The translations under genes and the position numbers were made by a program. From a virus, in IMG/VR virus record IMGVR_UViG_3300037521_000345, positions 35,004 to 99,003 of that record: DNA of 64,000 nt; one strand, given 5' to 3'. Under the pieces are notes generated by a model, which saw nothing but the letters and a program-made list of their open reading frames with translations, was not told the origin of the DNA and ran no database searches. The stretch's first letter is position 1. Each line of letters starts with the position of its first letter. Of this stretch, positions 19,066 through 28,660 are shown piece after piece.

Positions 19066-20305
19066 TGGATTAAAACCCGTTGAGAGAAGAGTTTTATTAT
19101 CAGCATTTAAAATTGCAAGAACTAAATTTGCTAAATGCAGACAAGTTGACACTTATACTTGTGGTCATTATCATCCACACGGAGAATGCTATGGAACAAT
19201 AGTTCAATTAGTTAAACAAGGATTCTTAACAGGTCAAGGAAATTTTGGTACAAACGTTGGAATTGAAACTGTTGGACCAGCAGCTCCAAGATATACAGAA
19301 TGTAAAATAAATGACTATACATTAAACCTGGCATTTAAGCTGGTCAAATATGTTCCATGGATTCAAACGGAACTTGATGATAAAGAACCAGCTTATCTTC
19401 CAACAATGTTTCCAGTATGTTTGATGGGAAAAGAATACACTCAAGGTATTGGATTTGGATATAAAACATTTATTCCTTGTTATGAAGTTAAAGATTTATA
19501 TAAAAGATTATTATGGTTACTAAATAAACGAAAAACAAAACCCACAATTAAACCAATTACCGACTGTGTAATATTATCAGGTAATGATACATTAGAACAA
19601 TTGTTGACAACTGGAAAAGCAAAAATTGATGTGAGGGGAATAATTCAAGAAGAACCCACAAGAAATAAAGCTATATTAAAATCGTGGCCACCTGGAAAGA
19701 GATTTGAAACAATTTTAAATAGACTTTCAAAACATTTTGAAAACGCTGATATTGGATTTACAGATTTATCAGTAACAGATACACAAATTGTATTTCAAGT
19801 TTTGAAAAATAGAAATAGAGATATAATGTATCGAAGATTTGTAAAAGATTTAAAAGAATCAGTTAATGGTTCAATTTCATTTGAAACTATAACAGTTAAT
19901 ACAAATGAAAATCAAAGAGTAGTACATAAATCAATAGATCAATTATTATTAGATACATATTCTGCTTATTGTAAAACAACAGAAATAATGATCAGGCAAG
20001 AAATTGAAAGACATGCTCAACTTATTAAAGAATATGAAGCATTGAGAAAAATTAGACCAGTTATCGCAAGTGGAGTTTCGAATAAATTATCACAAGAAAA
20101 TATATTAGATGAAATTAAAAGATTAACAGATGTATCTAAAAAAATTGCTAAAGAATTAATGAATAAATATAAAATAAGTAAGTTATTAACATTAGATATA
20201 GATACAAATGAAATAAACAATCAAATGAATCAACTAAATCGACTAATCAAACAAATAGTTCCATACGTATTAAAGGGATATGATGATTTCCTTAAGTTAA
20301 AATAA
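18983..20305 (+). CDS. gyrA: Type IIA topoisomerase breakage-reunion subunit (GyrA/ParC-like, no C-terminal pinwheel)
   Basis: DGLKPVERR, YHPHG, GQGNFG, catalytic Tyr in AAPRYT; only 440 aa. Confidence 0.9.
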   Translation: MEMDRNLPNLYREYGTYSNYRNFPLDLDGLKPVERRVLLSAFKIARTKFAKCRQVDTYTCGHYHPHGECYGTIVQLVKQGFLTGQGNFGTNVGIETVGPAAPRYTECKINDYTLNLAFKLVKYVPWIQTELDDKEPAYLPTMFPVCLMGKEYTQGIGFGYKTFIPCYEVKDLYKRLLWLLNKRKTKPTIKPITDCVILSGNDTLEQLLTTGKAKIDVRGIIQEEPTRNKAILKSWPPGKRFETILNRLSKHFENADIGFTDLSVTDTQIVFQVLKNRNRDIMYRRFVKDLKESVNGSISFETITVNTNENQRVVHKSIDQLLLDTYSAYCKTTEIMIRQEIERHAQLIKEYEALRKIRPVIASGVSNKLSQENILDEIKRLTDVSKKIAKELMNKYKISKLLTLDIDTNEINNQMNQLNRLIKQIVPYVLKGYDDFLKLK

Positions 20306-20754
20306 TGGAGGATATTAATATGTTTCGTATTGAAAAAAGATTTACAATACCCATTGGACATAGATTGAGCAAACATAAAGGAAGATGTTCATCAATTCAT
20401 GGTCATAATTTTACAATCCTTGTTGGAATAGCAAATTTTGAGTTAGATGAGAATGATATGCTCATTGATTTTTCAGAATTAAAATCATTGGTAAATAATA
20501 TAATTGATTCCTATGATCATGCATTATTAGTCAATAAAACTGATTTAGAATGGTTAGGACCATTAACAGAAAAATTAAATCTTCGAGCACATAAGTTTGA
20601 TAATAAAAATTATGATCCAACAGCTGAAAGACTATCAGAACAATTATTTTTAAAATTAAAAGCTATTTTTACACCATATAGTTTTAGACTTGATTATGTA
20701 ACAGTTTATGAAAATGAAAATTCTAAAGCAACTTACTCTGAGGAATGGTCATGA
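20305..20754 (+). CDS. queD: 6-carboxy-5,6,7,8-tetrahydropterin synthase
   Basis: GHRL...CSSIHGHN, DFSELK, DHA, PTAE, VYE. Confidence 0.9.
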   Translation: MEDINMFRIEKRFTIPIGHRLSKHKGRCSSIHGHNFTILVGIANFELDENDMLIDFSELKSLVNNIIDSYDHALLVNKTDLEWLGPLTEKLNLRAHKFDNKNYDPTAERLSEQLFLKLKAIFTPYSFRLDYVTVYENENSKATYSEEWS

Positions 20755-21233
20755 ATACTTCTCAATATGGATTGTTTAGAATATTAAAAAAAATGGATGA
20801 CATTAGAGAAAGAAAAAAAATTATTTCCTATGATAAACTAGTAAAATTTTGTGAGCAGTATCTTCTAACTATAGAAAATTCAATTATATTTACTGGTATG
20901 TATGATGGTTGTTGGAATTTCAAAACTAATACTAGTTATAAAAATTATAGATATAATTTTTATTCATTATCAAGATACATTGATGATGAAATTATGAAAA
21001 AGAAAGATGTAGAATCAATATTTAATCTCTATGATAAAAAAATGGAGTATATTTTAAATCTTACTATTATAGAAAATAAAATTTTATATGATAAATTTAA
21101 TGAATTAAGAGAAAAATATCTTAAAGAAGATGATATTTTTAATTTCGATTCATTACAAAAACCAGATTCAGGAATAAAAGTAAAACAAATAGTTAAATAT
21201 AAATTTGATCCAACAAATTTATTGACAGCATGA
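20745..21233 (+). CDS. Hypothetical protein
   Basis: 162-aa ORF within the operon. Confidence 0.55.
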   Translation: MVMNTSQYGLFRILKKMDDIRERKKIISYDKLVKFCEQYLLTIENSIIFTGMYDGCWNFKTNTSYKNYRYNFYSLSRYIDDEIMKKKDVESIFNLYDKKMEYILNLTIIENKILYDKFNELREKYLKEDDIFNFDSLQKPDSGIKVKQIVKYKFDPTNLLTA

Positions 21234-21243
21234 GGAGAAAGGT

Positions 21244-22647
21244 ATGAATATTATTAAAAGATCTGGTTTACTCATTCCAAAAAAATATAAACAACATCAA
21301 TTTTATCGAATGATTGTAAACCATCTTATAAGAAGAATAAAGAATTTTCAAAATTCTACCTATGATACAAATATTTTTTATTTAGAATCAGATGACTATT
21401 TAATGATACCAAGATGTTTTCCTATCAAAGATTATATATCTAATATTCAAATAGAGGATATAAGACATGAGGGAGCAGATATTAAAATTGAACATAACAT
21501 TGTTCCAAGAAGTGAAGCACAAAAAAGAGCAATGGCACAAATGCTAAATTCTGAAAATTGTATTCTTCAATTATCTCCTGGTGTTGGTAAAACTGTTGTT
21601 TCAATCCATACTATTGCAGTCAGAAAAAAGAAAAGTTTTATTTTAGTTCATAGAGATGCATTAGCAGAACAATGGCAAAAAAGAATAAAATCATTTACTA
21701 ATCTTGAAGATGAAGAAGTTGCAAGACTAACATCAGCAACCTTTGAAAAAGATTTAGATAAATCAATAATTGTTGCTACAACACAAACATTTATATCTCT
21801 TTTAAAAAGAAATAGAACTAAATTTTTAACAGCACTGAATGAAGCAAATATTGGAATCTTTATTGCTGATGAGGTTCATACATCAGTTGGAGCTCCAACA
21901 TTTTCAGAATGTTCTATCCATATGCCATCAAAATATGCATATGGATTAAGTGCTACTCCATATAGATATGATGGTAATGGAGATATAATTGAATATCACT
22001 TGGGAGAAATCTTTTCTGATGATGATATAGAAGGGACTATGGGCGCAAAAGTAACTGCTATACTACTTGATTATCAAATTGATACTCCCAAAAGATATAC
22101 TTATATTAGATGGGGTGGTGATTTTCAAAGAGCAAGATATTTTAATTTAATGAAAAAATCTGAAACATTTATGAGAGTTATAAAAGGATTATTAATAAAA
22201 TTAAAAGAAAATAGAGATTTAATATGTATCTCGGAACGAATTAAATTGATTGAAGAACTTTATAACTGGTTACCATCAGAAAGTAAATCAAAATTTTGTG
22301 GATCAGCTAAATTAGATCAGTTAGAATATAAAATGACATTTGCAACACCAGGTAAGTGTAGAGATGGCATTGATGTTCCACAAAAAGATTGTGTTATTAT
22401 GACTTCACCAATTACAAATATTGAGCAATTGACTGGCAGAGTTACCAGAAATCATCCAAATAAAAAGACTCCAATAATAATTGATATGATAGATTATGGT
22501 TGTAGAGAAATGTCAAGGACAATGCACAATCGAATTAAATTTTATGATAAAAAGGGGTGGCCAGTTCAATTTCTTCTAGCAACAAAGGATAAAATAATTC
22601 AACTAGATCAAGAACGTGCATATGAAATTATCAATGGAAAAGTATAA
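21244..22647 (+). CDS. Superfamily 2 helicase (UvsW/XPB-like)
   Basis: PGVGKT, DEVH, LSATP, DGID, QLTGRVTR. Confidence 0.88.
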   Translation: MNIIKRSGLLIPKKYKQHQFYRMIVNHLIRRIKNFQNSTYDTNIFYLESDDYLMIPRCFPIKDYISNIQIEDIRHEGADIKIEHNIVPRSEAQKRAMAQMLNSENCILQLSPGVGKTVVSIHTIAVRKKKSFILVHRDALAEQWQKRIKSFTNLEDEEVARLTSATFEKDLDKSIIVATTQTFISLLKRNRTKFLTALNEANIGIFIADEVHTSVGAPTFSECSIHMPSKYAYGLSATPYRYDGNGDIIEYHLGEIFSDDDIEGTMGAKVTAILLDYQIDTPKRYTYIRWGGDFQRARYFNLMKKSETFMRVIKGLLIKLKENRDLICISERIKLIEELYNWLPSESKSKFCGSAKLDQLEYKMTFATPGKCRDGIDVPQKDCVIMTSPITNIEQLTGRVTRNHPNKKTPIIIDMIDYGCREMSRTMHNRIKFYDKKGWPVQFLLATKDKIIQLDQERAYEIINGKV

Positions 22648-22946
22648 TGAGAATCAAAATAGATTTTACAACCAATAGTTCATCAGCTTCTTTTATGATA
22701 CCAAAGTCATGTTTAACTGAACAACAGATGATGATGATAAGAGATCATATTGAAACAGCTCTTTATCTGATGAAAAAGGATGACTCATATAAGTTTAGTT
22801 ATGTTAATGAACGTACAGGATGGACAATATTTGAATCAAAGCATTCAATTCAGGGTTCAACGTCAATGGATAATTTTGATATGTTTGAATTTTTAATTGC
22901 TATAGGAGTGGAGGGTCCAGAGATTCATTATGAAAAATGCGGTTGA
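22647..22946 (+). CDS. Conserved phage-type hypothetical protein
   Basis: N-terminal MRIKIDFTTNSSSASF motif. Confidence 0.65.
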   Translation: MRIKIDFTTNSSSASFMIPKSCLTEQQMMMIRDHIETALYLMKKDDSYKFSYVNERTGWTIFESKHSIQGSTSMDNFDMFEFLIAIGVEGPEIHYEKCG

Positions 22947-23121
22947 TATAGAGAAAGGACCAATACAATACATTTATTATATGACTCAATTAGAAGATAG
23001 TCCTTGTCAAATATGTTTAGTTCAAGCATTATGTTCTAAATCATTTCTTGACAATAGCGCATGTGATTTATTTACTGAATTTATTGAAAAGAAAGAAAAA
23101 GACGTAATGGAGAAAGAATGA
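22930..23121 (+). CDS. Small Cys-rich protein, paralog A
   Basis: SPCQICLVQALCSKS..ACDLF. Confidence 0.65.
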   Translation: MKNAVDIEKGPIQYIYYMTQLEDSPCQICLVQALCSKSFLDNSACDLFTEFIEKKEKDVMEKE

Positions 23122-23342
23122 AATTAACCGATGAAGGACCAATACAATTTATCCGTGAAAAACAATCAATGTATTTTTACTATTATATGACAAAGCTAAC
23201 CGATAGTCCTTGTCAGATATGTATTGTTCAACTAATGTGTTCTAAATCAGTTTTTAAAGATACCGCATGTAATTTATTTGTAGAATTTATCAACAAGAAA
23301 GAAAAGGAAGTAGAAAAAGAGGGTATATGGATTTATACATGA
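23118..23342 (+). CDS. Small Cys-rich protein, paralog B
   Basis: SPCQICIVQLMCSKS..ACNLF; tandem duplicate of the previous gene. Confidence 0.65.
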   Translation: MKLTDEGPIQFIREKQSMYFYYYMTKLTDSPCQICIVQLMCSKSVFKDTACNLFVEFINKKEKEVEKEGIWIYT

Positions 23343-23363
23343 GAAAGAAAAAATGGAGGAAAA

Positions 23364-23705
23364 ATGAGTAGTCATGCAATAACATATACAGTTTGTATTC
23401 CTCATAATTTTCATCCTAGTCGTGGAGAAGCAATACAAATAAATAATGATACATCGTTTCATGATATAGGAATTTCAAATAAAGAACTCTTTCCAAAGAT
23501 GCTTGAATATATAAAAATTCTGAAGGAGGGAGGTCATATTTGGTATTATGGAGAACATGGTATCAATCCACAATTATTTCATATTATAGTTAAGATATGT
23601 TATCGCTATAAATATATTTTATCAGAGATAGACAATGGAGGAACTGATATTATACAAGGAGTATTACCCAAAGTTTTAAAGAGAATATTAGAAGAGGAGA
23701 TATAA
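23364..23705 (+). CDS. Hypothetical protein
   Basis: 113-aa ORF with GGAGG RBS. Confidence 0.6.
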   Translation: MSSHAITYTVCIPHNFHPSRGEAIQINNDTSFHDIGISNKELFPKMLEYIKILKEGGHIWYYGEHGINPQLFHIIVKICYRYKYILSEIDNGGTDIIQGVLPKVLKRILEEEI

Positions 23706-24725
23706 ATGAAATTTGCAATTACAGCAGATATACATCTATCAAGATATGGGCAAGATCCAATTAATCACGAATCAGGTCTACCAGAAAGACTACACGGAAT
23801 AGTTCATGCTTTAGATTCAATGGTTACGCATTGTTTAGAAAATGATATTTCTACTTTAGTAATTGGTGGTGATATACTTCACGGTAAGTCAATCATTTAT
23901 GCATTAGCTCAAAATATAATGCTTGAGTTTTTTAATGAATATAAAAATATGAATTTTTGGGTTATTGATGGAAACCATGATTTATCTGGAAAGGGCGATG
24001 ACGCTGTTTCTGCATTAAGATCATTGAAAAGTGTTCCAAATGTTGAATGGGTAACTAAAGAACCAAAGAGACAAGACAATATATTATTTATTCCTTATTC
24101 TACAAAGGTTGCTGATCAAGTTAAACATCGTTCAGCAGATATTTTAATATCTCATTTTGGACTTAGTGAAGGCATATTAAATTCAGGAATAAGTATTGTT
24201 TCAAAGATTAATATGACTGATTTAAGATCGAGATACAAACTTGCTCTATTGGGTCATTATCATAAACCACAAGAAATAATTGAAAAAGATGTTTCAATGT
24301 ATTATGTAGGATCACCAACTCAATTAGATTGGGGAGAGAAAGGAGATAAAAAAAGATTTTTAATCGTTGATACAGATACATTAAAAGTAGAATCAGTTTT
24401 AACAAAAGGTTATAAAAAATTTATTGAAGTCGAATTGACATCTAAAAATAAAGAAGAAGCTATGAAGATGGCAAAGGATGCATATGATAGAGGAGATTAT
24501 ATTAAAGTTTTACAAACAGAAAAGGTTGATATTTCAGGATTTGAAGATTATAATGTTATTGATAAAACTGAAACTGATGTGACTGATAGGGGCATTACAA
24601 GTACAATGTCTCAAAAAGAAAAATTAGAAAGATATCTTGAAATAAAAGAAATTCCAGAAAATCAAATACAAGAATATTTAGAAATAGGACTTCAAATAAT
24701 TGATGCTTGTGAGGTGAATCAATGA
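23706..24725 (+). CDS. sbcD: Mre11/SbcD-like nuclease (gp47-like)
   Basis: ADIH, GGD, GNHD, SH, GHYH metallophosphoesterase motifs; adjacent to Rad50. Confidence 0.9.
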   Translation: MKFAITADIHLSRYGQDPINHESGLPERLHGIVHALDSMVTHCLENDISTLVIGGDILHGKSIIYALAQNIMLEFFNEYKNMNFWVIDGNHDLSGKGDDAVSALRSLKSVPNVEWVTKEPKRQDNILFIPYSTKVADQVKHRSADILISHFGLSEGILNSGISIVSKINMTDLRSRYKLALLGHYHKPQEIIEKDVSMYYVGSPTQLDWGEKGDKKRFLIVDTDTLKVESVLTKGYKKFIEVELTSKNKEEAMKMAKDAYDRGDYIKVLQTEKVDISGFEDYNVIDKTETDVTDRGITSTMSQKEKLERYLEIKEIPENQIQEYLEIGLQIIDACEVNQ

Positions 24726-26917
24726 GAGAAATAGACCTTTATGAAGTTGGAATGGAGAATTATGGACCATATATTGATCCAATGATTCTACCATTTAAAA
24801 ATGATAACATTACATTATTAACAGGACCCAATGGTGTTGGTAAAACAATGGCACTAGATGCAATACCTTTTACATTATTTGGAATAACTAGCAAGGGATT
24901 AAAAGGAGATGACGTTATTAATAACGTTGTTGAAAAAAATTGTTATACTTGGGTTAAGTTTATTCTTAATAGTGATAAATACTTTGTTAAAAGATACCAA
25001 GGATATTCAAAATTTGGAGGTAATAATGTTGTATTGAATAAAAATGGTATTGATATTAAATCAGGTTCTAAAGAAGTTATTCCAGAAATTGAAAGACTGT
25101 GGTGCTCTCAAAGAAGTTTTATGAATACTTTGATGTTTGGACAGAAAGTAAAAGACTTCTTTACAGATTTAACTGACTCAAAACAAAAAGAGATATTTAG
25201 AAAGCTACTGGGTCTTGATAATTATGTTGACTATTATAAACAAGCAGACTCTGTGATGAAGATAATATTTAAAGCTCTTCAAGACTGGATCCAAGAGATT
25301 GCAATTAATCAAGGATTAATTGGAGAAACAAATGATAGAATAGAAGAATTGAAAAAAGTAAAAATTCAATATGAAGTTGATAAATTAAATAGAATGAAAG
25401 AGCTTGATAGATCGCTTGCACAGTGTAATCGTATTATTAGAGTCTGGAAAGATAATATATCCAAACTAAAATTAAAGGAATTTGATTCATCTACAATTCA
25501 AATAAAAATAGCTAGTTTACAAAAATCTTTTGATAACACTCAAAAAGAAAAAGAACGTGAAGAAGGTGAATTAAAAACTAAAAAAGAACTTAAAAAATAT
25601 GAGTTATCGAGTCAAGCATCTAAAAAAAATAAAGAATTTATTGATGAATATAATAAATTGAAAGACGAAAAAGCAGTTAAGTGGAGAAAAGATGAAACAA
25701 AAATAGATAAATATATTAAATTATTAATAGAAGATAAACATAGACTTCAATTAAATACCCAAGTAGTTGAAGGAAGTAAAAATCAAGTTTTAACATTTAT
25801 TGATAAAATTAATAAAAGTGTATTTGAAGCAGAAATATCATCTTGTCCAGTTTGTCTTCAAGAAATCACAGAGGATGTTAAAACGCATCTTGAAGGTGAA
25901 ATTAAAAAATGTAAAACTGATATAGCAGACCGTAATGAAAGTATAAAGATATTAAATAATGATGTTTTATTATTAGATTTAAAAATAACTGATGAACGAA
26001 AAAAGAAAAATACTATTAATATTACTTATGATGTTGAATTTAAAGCATTGAAGAAAACGTATGAAGAATACATTGAAAATATAAAGAACAGACTTGAAGA
26101 TGTTCTTAAAAAAGTTGAAAATGCTGCAACTGAACAATTAAAAATTCTTCAAACTAAAACAGCTGAACATATTGAACAGTTGACTAAAACTATAAAGGAA
26201 TGTCAAGAGAAAAAATTAGAGATTGATGAAGTTAAAGAAGAAATTGATTCAGCTGAAGAATCATTAAAAGGAGCAGAAAATGGAGAGGTATTTGTTTTAA
26301 GAGAAATAAAACAATTAGAAGAGGATGAATATGATGAAACGCAATTAAATGGTTATAAGGGTAGAGTAATTGAATTTCAAAAAGAAATTGATTCAATTAT
26401 TAAGATATCTTCAGAAGCAAAAAGAAGATATGATATTAATGAATTTTGGAAAGCAGCTTATTCACCAACTGGTATTCCATCAACATTGATTGATGAAGCT
26501 ATACCATTTATGAATAAAAGAGTGGGTGAGTATTTAGATCAAATGTCAAATGGTCGATACATTGTTTCATTTGATACACAGGATACAATTAAGTCAGGAG
26601 AAATGAGAGATAAAATTTCAGTCAGAGTTTTAGATACTCACACAAGAGCAAATAAAAGAAAACAATTATCAGGTGGTCAAACAAGATTGGTTGATATTGC
26701 AACAGTATTAACTCTTGGTGATTTACAATCAAAGAATTTAGGAATGAAAGTAAATCTATTAATATTTGATGAAATCTTTGATAGTTTGGATATTCAGAAT
26801 ATTGATTATGTTTCTAAAGTATTGACAAGATTGAAAAAAGGAAAATCAATATATTTAATTTCTCATACCCATCAAGATCAATTAGAAGCAGATGAAGTGC
26901 TTGAGTTTAAAGCATAA
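24722..26917 (+). CDS. sbcC: Rad50/SbcC-like SMC ATPase (gp46-like)
   Basis: GPNGVGKT, coiled coil with CPVC Zn hook, LSGGQ, FDEIFDSLD, ISH. Confidence 0.92.
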   Translation: MREIDLYEVGMENYGPYIDPMILPFKNDNITLLTGPNGVGKTMALDAIPFTLFGITSKGLKGDDVINNVVEKNCYTWVKFILNSDKYFVKRYQGYSKFGGNNVVLNKNGIDIKSGSKEVIPEIERLWCSQRSFMNTLMFGQKVKDFFTDLTDSKQKEIFRKLLGLDNYVDYYKQADSVMKIIFKALQDWIQEIAINQGLIGETNDRIEELKKVKIQYEVDKLNRMKELDRSLAQCNRIIRVWKDNISKLKLKEFDSSTIQIKIASLQKSFDNTQKEKEREEGELKTKKELKKYELSSQASKKNKEFIDEYNKLKDEKAVKWRKDETKIDKYIKLLIEDKHRLQLNTQVVEGSKNQVLTFIDKINKSVFEAEISSCPVCLQEITEDVKTHLEGEIKKCKTDIADRNESIKILNNDVLLLDLKITDERKKKNTINITYDVEFKALKKTYEEYIENIKNRLEDVLKKVENAATEQLKILQTKTAEHIEQLTKTIKECQEKKLEIDEVKEEIDSAEESLKGAENGEVFVLREIKQLEEDEYDETQLNGYKGRVIEFQKEIDSIIKISSEAKRRYDINEFWKAAYSPTGIPSTLIDEAIPFMNKRVGEYLDQMSNGRYIVSFDTQDTIKSGEMRDKISVRVLDTHTRANKRKQLSGGQTRLVDIATVLTLGDLQSKNLGMKVNLLIFDEIFDSLDIQNIDYVSKVLTRLKKGKSIYLISHTHQDQLEADEVLEFKA

Positions 26918-26926
26918 GGAGGTTAA

Positions 26927-27949
26927 ATGATAAGACTAGTAAATTGGCTGCTCACTCGTAGATGTAATCTCAAATGTGAGTATTGCTCAATTACAAAAAA
27001 TTATTCTGACATACCAAAAGAATATCCCAATATGGATCATTATATAAAAAATGAAATGACCACAGAGTATGTTTTAAAAGGATTGGAAAGACTTAATAAA
27101 CATAATCCAGATTGTTTTCATATCTTTTATGGAGGTGAACCACTTTTAAGAAAAGATTTATCACAAATTATTAATTACTGTAATGAAAATGATATTCACT
27201 ACACAATAATATCAAACAATACAGATCAGATTCGTCCACTAATTGATAAATTATTTGAAGAAGTTGATTATATTCAAGGATTTACTGCATCTGTTGATCC
27301 ATCCTTTAATGAGAAAAATACAGATGATAGAATAGTTAAAAGTGCAGCAGGATTTGTAAATCTATTAAGATTAAAAGATCGTGTTAAAGATCTTGTTGCT
27401 GAAATAACTGTTATGAAACATAATGTAAAATATTTATATGAACTTGTTGGGGCATTAACAGTAAGTGGTATAAGTAGTGATATAACATTTATTGATATAG
27501 CAAAAAGTCCATATTATGATTTCTCGAATATGAGTGATAAAAATTTATTAGTTGAACAGAGTGATGAAGTATCTAAAATATTTCAACGATTGATTAATAG
27601 TGATTTTGATATTCATATGAAAAATGTTCTACTTCCAATGATTTATAAAATACTTCCATCGAATTTAGATTGTGAATTAGAAAAAGGAGTTCATAATATT
27701 ACCGTTGATGCAGATGGAACTATTAGATTATGTTTGAGAATAAGAGGTACTCATGCTCCAAAGTTAGTTAAGATACCAAATTTGATTAATGATAATGATA
27801 AGGTATCATTTATTGCTGAAAAGGCAATTGCAAAAGATAAAGAGATTTATTGTTTGGGATGTAATCATACATGCTTATTAATGAGTATGTATATTGATAA
27901 AACAGATCGAGGAAGTGAGGATTTAATTCACGTCAATAGGAGGGAATAA
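26927..27949 (+). CDS. Radical SAM protein with C-terminal Cys cluster (SPASM/twitch-like)
   Basis: CNLKCEYC, GGEP, DGTIRLC, CLGCNHTC. Confidence 0.85.
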   Translation: MIRLVNWLLTRRCNLKCEYCSITKNYSDIPKEYPNMDHYIKNEMTTEYVLKGLERLNKHNPDCFHIFYGGEPLLRKDLSQIINYCNENDIHYTIISNNTDQIRPLIDKLFEEVDYIQGFTASVDPSFNEKNTDDRIVKSAAGFVNLLRLKDRVKDLVAEITVMKHNVKYLYELVGALTVSGISSDITFIDIAKSPYYDFSNMSDKNLLVEQSDEVSKIFQRLINSDFDIHMKNVLLPMIYKILPSNLDCELEKGVHNITVDADGTIRLCLRIRGTHAPKLVKIPNLINDNDKVSFIAEKAIAKDKEIYCLGCNHTCLLMSMYIDKTDRGSEDLIHVNRRE

Positions 27950-27951
27950 AA

Positions 27952-28275
27952 ATGGCAGTAGAAGAACTTATTAGAAATGCTGTAAAATTTTGGGAGACTT
28001 TATATGATGCTGGAGAAGCTACAGTTAGATTTACTAAAAAAAGTGGTGAAGCAAGAAATATGAAATGCACTTTAGATTTTAATAAAATTCCACAGAGACA
28101 TCATCCTAAGACTGTTAATCTGCCAAAAATATTAAAACTGATGCAGAAGAGCGGAATAATCCATGTTTATGATTTAGATAAAGAAGATTGGAGATCAGTT
28201 CCTTTTGAAAGAGTTGATTGGATAGAGACACCAGATCAAAGATTTAAAGTCGTACCATTCAAAAATAGGAGTTAG
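27952..28275 (+). CDS. WYL-like/Sm-like SH3-fold protein
   Basis: FTKKSGEARNM...YDLDKEDWRSV pattern. Confidence 0.65.
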   Translation: MAVEELIRNAVKFWETLYDAGEATVRFTKKSGEARNMKCTLDFNKIPQRHHPKTVNLPKILKLMQKSGIIHVYDLDKEDWRSVPFERVDWIETPDQRFKVVPFKNRS

Positions 28276-28277
28276 AT

Positions 28278-28658
28278 ATGGGAGAAATTATAGAAGAACT
28301 TTTAAAAAAAATTCCATCAAATGAAATTCTTGTACAGATTAGAGAAATCTGTAAAGAAATTTGGGAAGAAGAAAAAGAAGCAATTGAATATCATCAGGCA
28401 TTACCAAAAGGAGCTAATATATTTCTTGCGATAAGAGTACCTTCTAAACATATAGGAGATATATCATTTCTAACAATTGAAAGAGATCCAATGGAAGAAT
28501 ATGTCTCAAGTTATTACTCAATCAAAATAAAGTATATTGAAAATATAGATCATCCTCAAATGCCAAGAAAATATCAATCTCATAAACTTGAAGGAAGATC
28601 CGCAATAAAAATCTTAAGTGAATTTGCGAAACTTGTAAAATTTTATAGAGGGGAATAA
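28278..28658 (+). CDS. Hypothetical protein
   Basis: 126-aa ORF with AGGAG RBS. Confidence 0.6.
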   Translation: MGEIIEELLKKIPSNEILVQIREICKEIWEEEKEAIEYHQALPKGANIFLAIRVPSKHIGDISFLTIERDPMEEYVSSYYSIKIKYIENIDHPQMPRKYQSHKLEGRSAIKILSEFAKLVKFYRGE

Positions 28659-28660
28659 TT

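Noticed and set aside
26927-27949. Calling this radical SAM QueE
   Set aside because: It is longer than typical QueE and has an extra C-terminal Cys cluster; it cannot be assigned from motifs alone.
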